Below are positions 1 to 11,369 of a stretch of DNA of 64,000 bases, piece by piece (the first letter of the stretch is position 1; every line of letters begins with the position of its first letter). This DNA is from Bacteroidales bacterium. GTDB taxonomy: Bacteria > Bacteroidota > Bacteroidia > Bacteroidales > CAIWKO01. Below the pieces are notes generated by a model. It saw nothing but the letters and a program-made list of their open reading frames with translations. It was not told the DNA's origin and made no database searches. The DNA lies in assembly GCA_035389045.1 (NCBI GenBank), contig DAOORA010000011.1:1-64000 (forward strand), given 5' to 3'. The position numbers and the translations under genes are program-made.

Positions 1-13
1 TGCTGTTATTCTT

Positions 14-301
14 TTAAGTAGTACAATCAGTCAGGAAATTTTGAGGAAACTCCAGATCACCCGGAATATTAAAATATTCGATCATTTTATGTGCTTCCAA
101 TATTCGCAACGCATTACTTGCCGAACTTTTACTGATTTTAAGCTCATCCACGATCTCCTCAAAAGTAAATTGCTCTTTATCCATAACGCTAAGTAAACCC
201 ATGATGCGGCCGGGAATCTGTCCGAATAATTGCTTTTCATACATACGCCCTATGGTCTCAACCATGTCATATTGTGCCCTGGTTCTTTCCTCGGTGTTCA
301 T
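14..301 (-). CDS. GbsR/MarR-family winged-HTH regulator, apparently truncated or chimeric at the C-terminus
   Basis: GRIMGLL...TFEEIVDELKISKSSASNALRIL...IEY...PGD pattern. The family-typical RKRYF after PGD is missing. ATG at 301 preferred because a TAATTTTG box lies at 322-329 on the - strand. Confidence 0.7.
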   Translation of the reverse strand: MNTEERTRAQYDMVETIGRMYEKQLFGQIPGRIMGLLSVMDKEQFTFEEIVDELKISKSSASNALRILEAHKMIEYFNIPGDLEFPQNFLTDCTT

Positions 302-344
302 TTTTTTATAATTTGCCGGCACAAAATTAATAATAGTTTTTTTG

Positions 345-362
345 GTTCAGCAAATACCGAAC
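345..362. promoter_or_regulatory. Imperfect palindrome GTTCAG-N6-CCGAAC, putative autoregulatory operator
   Basis: Inverted repeat just upstream of the -7 box of the MarR-like gene; function inferred. Confidence 0.4.
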
Positions 363-617
363 TTAAAAAACGGTTAATGTTTTGTTAATTAATTTTGCAC
401 AAAACCCCGAATGATGGCACAGTACTACGGCCGTCTGAATTTCCACTAACTTGTAAATTATTTCTGTTTTATCCGAAAATATGTTAAATTTGTGTTCAGG
501 TTCTTAAAGTATACGGTAACCAATAATTTAATTTATGCATTATTTGCAAGAACATTAGTAACTGAATACTATTAACAATGAAAACCCTGAATTATTGAAT
601 GATCTAATCCTTTAATA

Positions 618-2477
618 ATGAAAAAGATATTTATATATATTACCTTGCATTTTCTGTTTTTCCTGACCGTCAGCGGACAGGAACAAAAAGTAAAACCTGA
701 CGAAAGCAGAAAAGTTGGCGGCGCGACCAAATCCGGTATTATTAAAACTGAATGTCAGGGTTTTGTCAATTCTCCGGGTACCGACCTGAAGTGGAGGCCC
801 ATTCTGACCCACAAAACCACTTCCTTAAGGCCGAAAGTTCCGGATAAAGAACTTATTGAAAAGATCAAATCAGAAAAACTAAAAACCAAATACCTGAAAT
901 CCAATGCGGATACGACGGATGAAAAATCGACCATGACCATAACACCCGTGGTGGGGACCAGTTACATGGCAAATACCAGCAATGGCAGTTCTCCGCTGGA
1001 TAATTCACTTGCCATCTCCAATGGCGGGTGGATCGTGAGTGTAGCCAACAAAACCATCGAATACGACGATATGAACGGGAACACGGTATATTACAATGAT
1101 CTGATTTCTTTCATCAACGATGCCAGCATTACAGGCGTATGCGATCCCGTAGTGATTTATGATGCCGCGGCAGACCGGTTCATTTTTTTCTGTCAGACAA
1201 GTCCGATCACCAGCAATTCCAAAATCCTGCTGTTTTTCTCTAAAACCAACAACCCGAATAATGGCTGGTGGTATTATAAACTTACCGGAAATCCTTTGGA
1301 TGATGACGAAGGCTTTGATTATCCCAAACTAGCCGTGTCGACCAATGAGCTGTATGTCACCGGAAATTTGTTTTATGAACCTGCTGGCACTTTTGACCAG
1401 GCGATTCTTTACCAGATAAATAAAAATAATGGTTATTCGGGATCAACCTTACACTGGCAATACTGGTACGATATATCAGGCTCGCCTTTCACATTACTTC
1501 CCGTGTCGTATGGACAGAGCGGCAGTTATGGCCCGGGATGTTACCTGGTGTCAACCATTCACTCGGGCAGTTCAAAAATCAAGTTTTATAACCTCACAGA
1601 TGACATGTCAGGAAATCCTTCGTTAGACCATTATAATGTTTCGACGCCTTCCTATTCTTCTGCCGCAAATTCATGGCAGTTCGGCACGACATGTAAGCTG
1701 GATAACGGCGATTGCCGGGCATTAAGCGGTTTTTATCTGAATGGCATCATTCATTTTGTTTTTCATAGTGATATTGGTAATGGATGGAATGGAATAAATT
1801 ATAATTGGATCATGGTAAGTATATAGATTAATTAATTTTTAATCTTCGGATTGTTGGGCAGTTATGATTATTCATATTCGTTAGTGGTGTCATATGTCAC
1901 ATTTATCAGCGATAAATCGGTGATGATAAACTTCGGCAGGGCAAGTTCTTCTATTTATCCGCAGGTGCGTGTTGTAAACTGCGACGACGCTATGAACTGG
2001 TCGGGCTCTATCCTTGTGAAATTAGGTCTCAGTTATGTTAGTTATATAGGCGATTCGGAATGTTGGGGCGATTACACAGGTGTATTCAGAAAATATAACA
2101 GCGTTTATCCCTCCGTATGGATAAGCGGGAGTTATGGCACATCGAACCATCGGTGGAATGCGTGGAATGCCGAAATCCATGACAACACCATAGTCGGAAT
2201 CCCGGAAATAGATTAGGAAAACAAAATGAAAGTGTTTCCCAACCCGATCGTTGAAACATTTACCATTGAATTCACTTTACCCGAAAAACGCAAATTTATT
2301 ATCAATATTCTGGATATTTCAGGAAAAATCGTAAAAGAACTGTATTCTGGAAATTCATTGAAAGGAATCAATTATTTTTCATTTAATAAAGCCAGCCTGC
2401 CGGCAGGAACTTATTTTCTGGTACTCAAAGCCAACTCTGACCTTATAAAAAATGAAAAAATCATTATTGCTGATTGA
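618..2477 (+). pseudogene. Secreted T9SS (type A CTD) protein interrupted by three in-frame stops
   Basis: ORFs 618-1826, 1851-2216 and 2226-2477 share one frame. Signal peptide at the start, VFPNP...GTYFL...KIII CTD at the end. Stops TAG 1824, TAA 1833, TAG 2214 each revert to Gln by T->C. Confidence 0.85.
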
Positions 2478-2760
2478 TATTTGTTGTATTCTTCTTGTCC
2501 TTGCCTCCTGCCACAACACAACAACTCTGAACCATAAAAAAATTAATGATACAAGTCATGTAACTTCGATAGCTCCTGCTGCTTCAGACACATCAAAAAT
2601 ATCGGGGGAAACTCCGGTATTGGGTTCTGTAGGTAATGATCAGGGAAAAATCAAGGATATCCATTCAAATTAATATGATGCATATCCGCTTATTCATCAT
2701 AGCCCTGATGATGGCAAGACAGATTCTATCAAAAATTTAAAAGCAAAACTAAAAAGATAG
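2452..2760 (+). pseudogene. Small lipoprotein with a probable premature TAA (2671-2673)
   Basis: Lipobox LASC after a hydrophobic stretch. The frame continues past TAA as YDAYPLIHHSPDDGKTDSIKNLKAKLKR to TAG at 2760. Confidence 0.55.
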
Positions 2761-2908
2761 TTCTTATGCCTGTATTCGCATCGGTAAAGTGGTCAGACGG
2801 TCGTCACTATATAAAAGTATTCATGAGGACGTTTTTGCTAGCAATGGTTGTGTTGATGCCATTTTTATAAAGCCAGAGATGGTATTTTTTCCAAAAAACA
2901 GTTCAAAA

Positions 2909-4270
2909 CTAATCATTTAATATGCACCTTAATTCCGGTATGACATCCAGGGTGTTTTCATGTCTTATTTGGTCAATAGAGCTTGTGAATTTTTTAAATT
3001 TAAGCGCGCTGACTTCATCCCATGATTTTTTTAAATGCTCAAATAAGAATAAAAATTGCTGTTTGATGTCCATTTTGTATTTATTTTTATAATCTTCTAT
3101 GTATTTCTCCAGCCTGGTGTAAACATCCTGCCGGACTGCATCAGGAAGTATACTTATATGAAACATAGCGGGATTTTCAACTATATTGATTTCAAAATTC
3201 TGCCAGTTATTTTTTTTCCTGATTACTCCGATTTCAATAAGACGGTCTATTACTTCAGGTAGCTGGAAAACATTCATAGCGCTTACCGTAATTGTTGGAA
3301 TGATAACCACACCAAGTTCGCTGATTATCCTTAGATTCATCTCAATTTTTTTCCATTTTGTCCCGGAGCGTATCAATTCGGCACGTTCATCAATATCATC
3401 TATACTGGGCGACACCCTCACATATCGGCCCCATTTAGCCTAATAATCCACTATGTTTTTATTCCTGTACTTCAGTATACTTAAGTTAGAATTATAATGT
3501 AGAAGAACATGATATTTTCTGCGTTCATCCAGCATTTCCAATAATTGCCAATGTTCATCCATCAGCAGCGGTTCTTTTTTTACAAAATAAATTTCTTCTA
3601 TCTGGTCAATGTGTTTTCTCATAATATCCATGTAATTGATTCGGGATGCAGATTCATTAGTAATTGATTTTTCAGGCATGTCTTCACTGAGCCAGCCAAG
3701 TTTTTTGGCATCATGGAGCCAGTTAGTGGAGGATTCTATTCCGCAGGTACGGCACTTATAATTGCATCTGTTGCTGAAACGAAAGTTCCAATATCTTAAA
3801 TCAATTTTGTCCAGACTTCCGTCATTGTGGGTTATGACAGGAATATCTTTAAGTTTAGAACGGAAATAACGGTTATAATTCAAGCGCGGACTTGTACCCG
3901 AGCATCGTTCTTGTTCATAACATTTGGCACACATGGCCGGTTTTTTTCCGTTGATCATGTTTCTACGGAGCGATTTCATATAGTTACCGTTCCATATTTC
4001 TTCAATGGTTTGTGTGGATAAATAATCGGCACAATCCAAATAATCCGGATTCATGCAACAATGTAACACCCTGCCGTCAGGCATGATATTCAGGTGTATC
4101 CAGGGCAGCACGCACAATCCCCCGGGAACATTTCTCATTTTTCTGGCCTTAAAAGCGTTCAGCCATCCGCTTAGGAACCGGAAACGATTTGGTACATGTA
4201 TTTCCGCAAGGATATTTCTTATTCTTCCCATGGAAAACAGCATATATTTAACATTACAAAATTTATACAT
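2909..4270 (-). pseudogene. Twitch/SPASM-type radical SAM protein (copy 1), split by TAG at a Trp position; GGE motif changed to KKE
   Basis: CVLPWIHL..PDG..LHCC N-domain and CNYKCRTC motif. ORFs 3440-4270 and 2909-3421 are in frame (VDY*AKWGRYVRVSPSID). Confidence 0.85.
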
Positions 4271-4357
4271 TTGGTTTTATACAGGCATTCTTCCTGCCAA
4301 AAATGTAAATTTAAAACATAACACAATAGTAACATTTTTTATCCCCGACTCAAATAA

Positions 4358-4527
4358 GGGCACTTCTAAAAATTTCAAAATTCTTCTTTCGTCTTCGTTC
4401 TTCCAATCCTTGTGTCCGGCAGATTCAGCACTTGTATGTAAGCTCAGCACACTGCGGTTTTCAGCACTTCGATTGCTTCGGGCTTTTTTGTTTTTAAAGC
4501 GCCCGATCAGGATTATTAGAGATGCAC
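4358..4527 (+). mobile_element. ~170-bp MITE-like element, family A, copy 1 (degenerate)
   Basis: Aligns over its full length with 12104-12273 and the reverse complement of 44972-45142; ends GGGCACTTCTA...TAGAGATGCAC. Confidence 0.8.
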
Positions 4528-4617
4528 ATAAATAATTTTTTTATATTAAATAAGATTCATATCGGATTTTTTAGCAAAACAAGGCGACACTTACCGACAA
4601 CACTCAATTACAGTGAG

Positions 4618-5955
4618 TTAAGGGCCAAGTACGCATTTCAACTCAGGTATTATATCTAAAGTGTTTTCACCCCTGATCCTGTCGATGGCATTTGTAAATT
4701 CTTTAAATTTCAAACAGTTTTTTTCATTCCAGGGTTTTTCTAAATGCCATAATAGAGGTACAAAATGATCCCTTATCTCAACACAGTGTTTTCCTTCGTA
4801 ATCATTTATATAGTTTTCCAACCTTATGTGAATTTTTTTCCTTTCATTATCCGGAAGTATGCATACATGAAATTCTGCTGGTGCAGTTAATATATTTAAT
4901 TCAAAGTTTTTCCAGTTTTCATTTCCTTGTTTAATAACTCCGATTGCAATCATACGATCTATGATTTCCGGAATTCTAAATACATTCATGGCGCTTACAG
5001 TAATATAAGGACTAACATGTATACCAATTTCGTTGACCGCTATTAAATTTTGTTCAACATTCTTCCAAATAGTTCCAGATCGAATCAATTCAGCGCGTTC
5101 ATCTATTTCATCAATACTCGCTATCAAAAATATGCGACGTGCATACTTATTTCAGTAATCTAACGCATTTTTATTTTTATACTTTAATATGCTTAAATTT
5201 GTATTATAAGAAATATTTACATCGTTTCTTTGACACTTATCTAACATTTCAAGAATTTGCCAATGCTCATCCATGAGCAAAGGCTCACCACCAACAAAAT
5301 TAATTTGTACAATAGTATTTATATGTTTTTTAAAAAAATCCGCATTTCTTTTTTGGTCTATCGACTCTATTCTGGTCGGTTTGTTAGAAGTGTTTTTGCT
5401 AATCCATTCTAATTCCCTGGCATTAGGAATCCAGGAACTGGAGTAGTGCGGTCCGCAATAACGACATTTATTATTACAAATATTACTGAATCGGAAATCC
5501 CAAAATCTTAATTCTACTTTATCAACATGGCCATCGCTTTCTGTGATAACAGGAATTTCTTTTAGCTTAAATTCAAAAAGACTGTTATACAATATACGCC
5601 AGCTTGTTCCGGTTAGGCTTTCCTTTTCAAAACAACGGGAACAAACTGCGGGCTTAATCCCTTTGATCATTTTCTTTCGCAAGGACTTCATAAAATCACC
5701 ATTCCAAATCTCTCCAATGGTTTGTTTGTTAATGTCTCCTGCAACAGTACCATAATCAGCGCTCATGCAACAATGTAACACACTGCCGTCAGGCATGATA
5801 TTCAGGTGTATCCATGGCAGCACGCACAATCCCCCGGGAACATTTCTCATTTTTCTGGCCTTAAAAACATCCAGCCATCCGCTTAGGAACCGGAAACGAT
5901 TTGGTATATGTATTTCCGCAATGATATCTCTTAAACTTCCCTGGGAAAAGAACAT
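4618..5955 (-). pseudogene. Twitch/SPASM-type radical SAM protein (copy 2), split by TGA at the same Trp position
   Basis: CNNKCRYC and FVGGEP motifs. ORFs 5152-5955 and 4618-5127 are in frame (LDY*NKYARRIFLIASID). Confidence 0.85.
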
Positions 5956-6397
5956 ATATTTAACCTTTCTGAATTTTTACATTTGGTTTTATACACAGGC
6001 ATTTATACTGTCAAAAAAAATAAATTTACTACATAAAGCAAAAGTAACCATCTTTTTTTTGCCACAACCACAATTTAACGGATTCATTATTTATTATTTG
6101 AATTAAACTAACATAGCGTAAAATATTTGTAGCTCAATAAAACTATATTTGCCCACCCGGATAAAAACATTGCATTGCACTACACATTTACCCCGGGCAA
6201 ACTCCGCAATTGTCGCTTCACGAGCCCCGATACATGGTTTTCTTTGCGCTGTTACGAATTTTCCTGCAAACAATGTTGCATCGCCGGTGCAACATGAATT
6301 ATGCGAATCATCATTTGAAACGGAGTTTTATTGTTCATAAAAAAATAATGTAATACTTTTGTAGTACAAATACCATGAATATTACCTAACTACAGCA

Positions 6398-7477
6398 ATG
6401 AACGCGACAGATCAAAATGACAGTCAGAATTTAATCACCTGGAACGGGATGCGTATTGACAAGGCAAAAATGGAGGAATTTTGCAGGAACAACAATAAGA
6501 TATCCTGGTATATCAGCTACCGCTGTAATTTCAAATGCGATTATTGCGGTGAATGGGCTTATGGTCAACAAGCTGTTAAGCCGATTGATCTGGCAAAATT
6601 GTCAGGAGGCCTTGATTTCCTTCCGAAAGACTGGATATTTTACATCAGTGGCGGAGAACCTTTTCTGGATAAAAATTTCACAGAAATTTGTCACGAAATC
6701 ACAAAAAGGCACTATTTATCTTTCAGTTCCAATCTTACCACACCCAATATTTTTGAGTTTGCCGACAAAATCAATCCGGATAAATGCCTGTTTATCAATG
6801 CCTCTGTCCATCCCACCCAAAGAGAAAAAACAGATAAGGACTTCAGTTTATTTATAGAAAAAATCTTATATCTTCAAAAAAAAGGTTTTAATATTATTGT
6901 GGTTTATGTGGCACATCCAACCTTATTAGGCAGAATCATATCAGATTTTGAAAGGCTCAGATCGCATGGAATAGAAAAGGTACATGTAAAAAATTTCATT
7001 GGAGATTTCAATGGCAACAGTTATCCCTTTTCATACAGTGCCGCCCAAAAAGAATTATTGCTGAGCATGGAGTCGGATTATCCGGAATTTGAACTCATGA
7101 ACCAGACATACAATTTTCATGGGCAGTTATGTATCGCCGGTCAAAAATCTTTTGCAATGGACCGAAACGGCAACCTGATGAGGTGTTCCAGCGACAAACG
7201 TGTCTATGGCAATCTTTTCGAAAAATCCATCCGGATCGATTCTTCACCCAAACCCTGCACTCAGGACAACTATGCCTGCCTGCATGAATGTATTGAATTC
7301 AACCTGAAGACCAAAGGAAAAAAAATCGCCATCTTAAAAGCAGATTTTATTGAAAAGAAAACAAAATTTTCTTCCAGAGATTATAGAAGAAATAAATTCT
7401 GGAAACTGATCGGAGATATAGAAAAAGCCGGTATCCCGTTAGGAAAAATCAAAAAGGCTTTTGTGAAATCAAAATAA
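6398..7477 (+). CDS. Radical SAM protein with C-terminal SPASM/twitch-like Cys cluster
   Basis: CNFKCDYC, SGGEP, and C-terminal CIAG...G.LMRC...GNL...PC...C..C. Confidence 0.9.
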   Translation: MNATDQNDSQNLITWNGMRIDKAKMEEFCRNNNKISWYISYRCNFKCDYCGEWAYGQQAVKPIDLAKLSGGLDFLPKDWIFYISGGEPFLDKNFTEICHEITKRHYLSFSSNLTTPNIFEFADKINPDKCLFINASVHPTQREKTDKDFSLFIEKILYLQKKGFNIIVVYVAHPTLLGRIISDFERLRSHGIEKVHVKNFIGDFNGNSYPFSYSAAQKELLLSMESDYPEFELMNQTYNFHGQLCIAGQKSFAMDRNGNLMRCSSDKRVYGNLFEKSIRIDSSPKPCTQDNYACLHECIEFNLKTKGKKIAILKADFIEKKTKFSSRDYRRNKFWKLIGDIEKAGIPLGKIKKAFVKSK

Positions 7478-7541
7478 TGAAATCCCATACGGACTTCTCA
7501 CATTTTTTCGCAGTACCGGGCATGACCATCAAAAATAATTT

Positions 7542-8843
7542 ATGAAAGATAACATACAAGAAATCTGTGGTCTGCCTGCAAAAAAACTTTTCAAATTTGC
7601 TCAAAAGTATTTATGTGTTTTAATAAACTATTTCATGAAGTGCATTATCATCCCTTTTAATTTTTTGATAATGAAACCCTTTCATAAAATAGCACACCGG
7701 CTTCCGCCTTCGCTGCAACGACTTGAATATAAACTGGGTATTCATTACCTCAGGTACTATCCCTTCCCGCGCGAGAATCCCTTTATCCCCGAATCAGACA
7801 AAGTCATCATTTTTTTTCCCGGAATAGGCTGGGATAACATGAAACAGCGGCATCACCACCTTCCACGCGCTTTTGTAAAAGCAGGCTGGACCGCTGTTTA
7901 TTTAACCCAGGACATCGAGGGGGACAAGGTTTTCGGTATAAAAAGAATCCACGAACGATTTTTTCTCTGCACTAATATCAAATTATTAAAGAACATTAAA
8001 AATCCCTGGATTTACATGAATTACACATTTTATATGTTCTACCTTCACTATTTTAAAGAATACCGGCTGATTTATGATTACCTTGATAAACTCGAAATCC
8101 ATACGTTCTATAACAAAAAAATGGTCAGGGAGCATAGAAAGGCTCTGCAAATTGCTGATATAGTAATGGCATCGTCGACGTCACTCCGTGATGAACTGAT
8201 AAGCATCAGGAAGGATACCCTGCTGGTTCCCAATGCTGTTTTTCCTGAAGATTTTGTTTACAAAAAAGAACTGAACCCTCCTGCAGACCTGAAATATATT
8301 GTTGACCAAAGAAAGCCAGTCATCGGTTACTATGGTATCTTTTCAAAGTGGAAGATCGATTACGAATTATTACAACGGGCCGCTGCAAAACTACCTGAAT
8401 ACAATTTCGTGTTGATAGGTCCTGACTTTGATCACAGCATTCAGGATTACAACTGGGAAAATTTTTCAAATATTTACCTTCTGGGAAAAAAGAAATATGA
8501 GGAGTTGCCCGATTATGCCTTTTTTTTCGATGCAGCCATATTACCCTTGCTTGTAAATGAAATCACAAATGCCATTTCGCCTGTCAAGTTGTTTGAATAT
8601 TTCGCCATGAAGCTTCCTGTGGTATCCACCGGTATTGCAGAATGCAGGAACTTCAAATCTGTGCTGATTTCACAAGATCATGAGGATTTTATCGCTAAGG
8701 TCAGAAAAGCAATAAAACAAAAAAACGATCCCGCATACCTGGCTTTACTGCAGAATGACCTCGCCCGCAACACCTGGGATTACCGGTGCAAAACGATTTT
8801 GGAACATATGAACGGGGGACAGGAAAAACACACAAATCAGTAA
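7542..8843 (+). CDS. GT-B glycosyltransferase (TuaH-like, GT4-type), paralogue 1
   Basis: QRHHHLPRAF, YDYLD, VPNAV, IGYYG, SPVKLFEYFAMKLPVVST. The true start may be a later Met. Confidence 0.85.
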   Translation: MKDNIQEICGLPAKKLFKFAQKYLCVLINYFMKCIIIPFNFLIMKPFHKIAHRLPPSLQRLEYKLGIHYLRYYPFPRENPFIPESDKVIIFFPGIGWDNMKQRHHHLPRAFVKAGWTAVYLTQDIEGDKVFGIKRIHERFFLCTNIKLLKNIKNPWIYMNYTFYMFYLHYFKEYRLIYDYLDKLEIHTFYNKKMVREHRKALQIADIVMASSTSLRDELISIRKDTLLVPNAVFPEDFVYKKELNPPADLKYIVDQRKPVIGYYGIFSKWKIDYELLQRAAAKLPEYNFVLIGPDFDHSIQDYNWENFSNIYLLGKKKYEELPDYAFFFDAAILPLLVNEITNAISPVKLFEYFAMKLPVVSTGIAECRNFKSVLISQDHEDFIAKVRKAIKQKNDPAYLALLQNDLARNTWDYRCKTILEHMNGGQEKHTNQ

Positions 8844-9020
8844 AAACAGCGGTAAAATAACCGGCATTGCCTGGAATAACGGCTACAATATTTCTTTTCA
8901 ATCATCTTGCTGGTGGTTTGGTATAAGATTCATAAACAGCCTGCTTTTGTGTTCAATATTATATATTTTTGCAGTATTACCGTTTTTTTTAAGATCTAAT
9001 TACAAAAAAACTGTTTTCAA

Positions 9021-10241
9021 TTGATGTATTATTTTTTGAATTTACTGATAAAAGGTGTCATCATTGCCATTAATTTTTTGATAATGAAGCCCTTTCATAA
9101 GATTTCATATCGTCTGCCTGTATTTTTTCAAAGACTCGGATATAAGTTGCACTCGCACTATCTGAGATTCTATGGTTTTCCTGTTGAGAAACCTTTTATT
9201 CCCGAGTCGGAGCAAATCATTATTTTTCTTCCCCACATCGGGTGGAATTATCTGAAGCAAAGGCCGCATCACCTGGCTCGTGCGTTTTCGGAAGCAGGCT
9301 GGACCGTAATCTTTTTGACACAGGATATTGCCGGAGATAAGGTTATCGGTATGAAAAAAATCAATGAAAATTTCTACCTGTGTTCGAGAGTCCGGTTGAT
9401 AAAACATATCAACAACCCCTGGATTTACATGAACTGGACTGTTAATATGTATTATTTAAGATATTTTAAAAAATACAAACTCATTTATGACCATTTCGAC
9501 AAACTGCAAATTCACACATTTTACAGTAAAAAAATGATACGGGAACAACGAAAAGCATTGTCGGAAGCCAAAGTTGTCCTGGCATCATCAGGCTCCCTGC
9601 GTGATGATATCATTTCGTTCAGAAAAGACACCTTGCTCGTTCCCAATGCGGTATTTCCAGAAGATTTTGCAATACATGAAAATACCGCTGTTCCTGACGA
9701 TTTATCAGGCATTCTCGGACAAAAAAAACCTTTGATCGGTTATTACGGGATATTCTCAAAATGGAAGATAGACTACGAACTGATCCTGTATTGTGCCCAA
9801 AAACTGCCCCGGGTCAATTTTATCCTGATAGGACCGGCGGTTTCATTTGACCGGAGCCTTTCTGAATACGAATGGGAAAAAATATCAAACATTTACTTTC
9901 CTGGCGAAAAAAAATATCAGACACTACCTTCATATTCGCGTCATTTTGATGTCGCCATTTTGCCCCTGATCGTCAATGAAGTGACAAATGCCATTTCCCC
10001 TGTTAAGCTTTTTGAGTATTTTGCTATGGGGCTTCCTGTTGTTTCAACAAATATTGCAGAATGTCGTAAATACCAGGCTGTAAATATCGCCAAAGATCAT
10101 GAGGATTTTGTCAAACAGATACAAAAAGCCCTGCCATTGAAAAAGGATGCCGAATACCAGCGTCTGCTTCAAAAAGAACTTGCGGTCAATACCTGGGGGC
10201 ATCATTGCAAAACGATTGAAAACAAAATGAAAGCTTTTTGA
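9021..10241 (+). CDS. GT-B glycosyltransferase (TuaH-like), paralogue 2
   Basis: QRPHHLARAF, VPNAV, SPVKLFEYFAMGLPVVST. Confidence 0.85.
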   Translation: MMYYFLNLLIKGVIIAINFLIMKPFHKISYRLPVFFQRLGYKLHSHYLRFYGFPVEKPFIPESEQIIIFLPHIGWNYLKQRPHHLARAFSEAGWTVIFLTQDIAGDKVIGMKKINENFYLCSRVRLIKHINNPWIYMNWTVNMYYLRYFKKYKLIYDHFDKLQIHTFYSKKMIREQRKALSEAKVVLASSGSLRDDIISFRKDTLLVPNAVFPEDFAIHENTAVPDDLSGILGQKKPLIGYYGIFSKWKIDYELILYCAQKLPRVNFILIGPAVSFDRSLSEYEWEKISNIYFPGEKKYQTLPSYSRHFDVAILPLIVNEVTNAISPVKLFEYFAMGLPVVSTNIAECRKYQAVNIAKDHEDFVKQIQKALPLKKDAEYQRLLQKELAVNTWGHHCKTIENKMKAF

Positions 10242-10608
10242 TCAAATTTTTTTCAAGAAGCCTTTTCAGCCATTTAAGCAAGCCTGAACTCCAGTGACCA
10301 GTTAAAATAATTCATCTTTAGGTCGGGCATGGTGATATTCTGCACAGGGCATGCTTAACAGTTTTAATATCAACGCAGTAAATATCAAAATACCGCATAT
10401 TCTTTTTTTTCACTGCCGTGTGCTGCACATATATTTTGATAAGACCATCCATCAGTCAAAATAGATCAAAGCAGATATAATGGTTTTGTCAGAGACCAAT
10501 AGAAAAGAACCTTTTTTGTAGAATAAACCAATAAAACAATTTTGCTTTTATTTATCTGTTGACTATGCCTGAATTTTATTTTTTCTTTACTTTGCAAAAA
10601 TTTTATAT

Positions 10609-11364
10609 ATGAAAGCCACATCGGCAAGCACGTATTTTCATCTTATATATAAAAACATTCAGCTAAAGTATAAGCAAACCATGTTTGGTTTTTTTTGGAG
10701 TTTGCTGCAACCGGCACTTTATCTGTTTATTTTCGTTGCCATTTTTTCACATATTTTTCAGTCCATCCACAAATACCCGCTTTACATCCTCAGCGGACTG
10801 TTATTTTTCGTATATTTTTCCGAAGGAACCAATCGTCTATGCCTGGTTTTTCTAAAAAATGCCTCTATGATAAAGAGCATCGGAATTCCCAAAAGTAGTT
10901 ATGCCATAACAGAGCTTGGCAGCGAAATGGTGAATTTTATGCTCGGACTTGTACCTTTTCTGGTAATAATGTATTTTATGGGTTTAGAACTTAGTCCCAC
11001 GTTGCTATACATTATTCCAATATTATTATTGTTTACGGTATTTATATATTCAATTGGCACCATATTGGGTTCCCTTAATGTATTCTTCAGGGATATCGCT
11101 ATCCTCTGGTCAACATTGAATCCTGCATTGTTTTATCTTTCCCCTATTGCCTATTCATCGGATCTTGTTCCTGCTGATTTCCGCTATCTGGTTTATTGTA
11201 ATCCCTTATTCCATTTTCTTCAGATTATAAGGGATGTCCTTTATCTGGGGCAGCCTCCATCGTTGCATTATTCCTTAATTTGCATTGCTATGACCGCAAT
11301 CTTTTTCGTGATAGCCCTGCTGATTTACAGAGTTACAAAAAACAGTTTTATCTCTAACTTATAG
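10609..11364 (+). CDS. wzm: ABC-2 polysaccharide export permease
   Basis: KYKQTMFGFFWSLLQP, FRDI, YLSPIAY, NPL motifs; about six TM segments. Confidence 0.9.
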   Translation: MKATSASTYFHLIYKNIQLKYKQTMFGFFWSLLQPALYLFIFVAIFSHIFQSIHKYPLYILSGLLFFVYFSEGTNRLCLVFLKNASMIKSIGIPKSSYAITELGSEMVNFMLGLVPFLVIMYFMGLELSPTLLYIIPILLLFTVFIYSIGTILGSLNVFFRDIAILWSTLNPALFYLSPIAYSSDLVPADFRYLVYCNPLFHFLQIIRDVLYLGQPPSLHYSLICIAMTAIFFVIALLIYRVTKNSFISNL

Positions 11365-11369
11365 ACATT

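Noticed and set aside
618..5955. Stop-codon reassignment, selenocysteine or pyrrolysine as the cause of the in-frame stops
   Set aside because: All three stop types occur, they replace both Gln and Trp, missense damage of the same polarity accompanies them, and TAG/TGA/TAA end intact genes elsewhere in the window.
2909..5995. Diversity-generating retroelement (TR/VR pair) in the duplicated radical SAM 5' regions
   Set aside because: Differences are not confined to adenines, both copies are coding, and no reverse transcriptase is present.
4053..6106. Similar + strand ORFs 4053-4535 and 5765-6106
   Set aside because: Antisense shadows of the duplicated radical SAM 5' ends.
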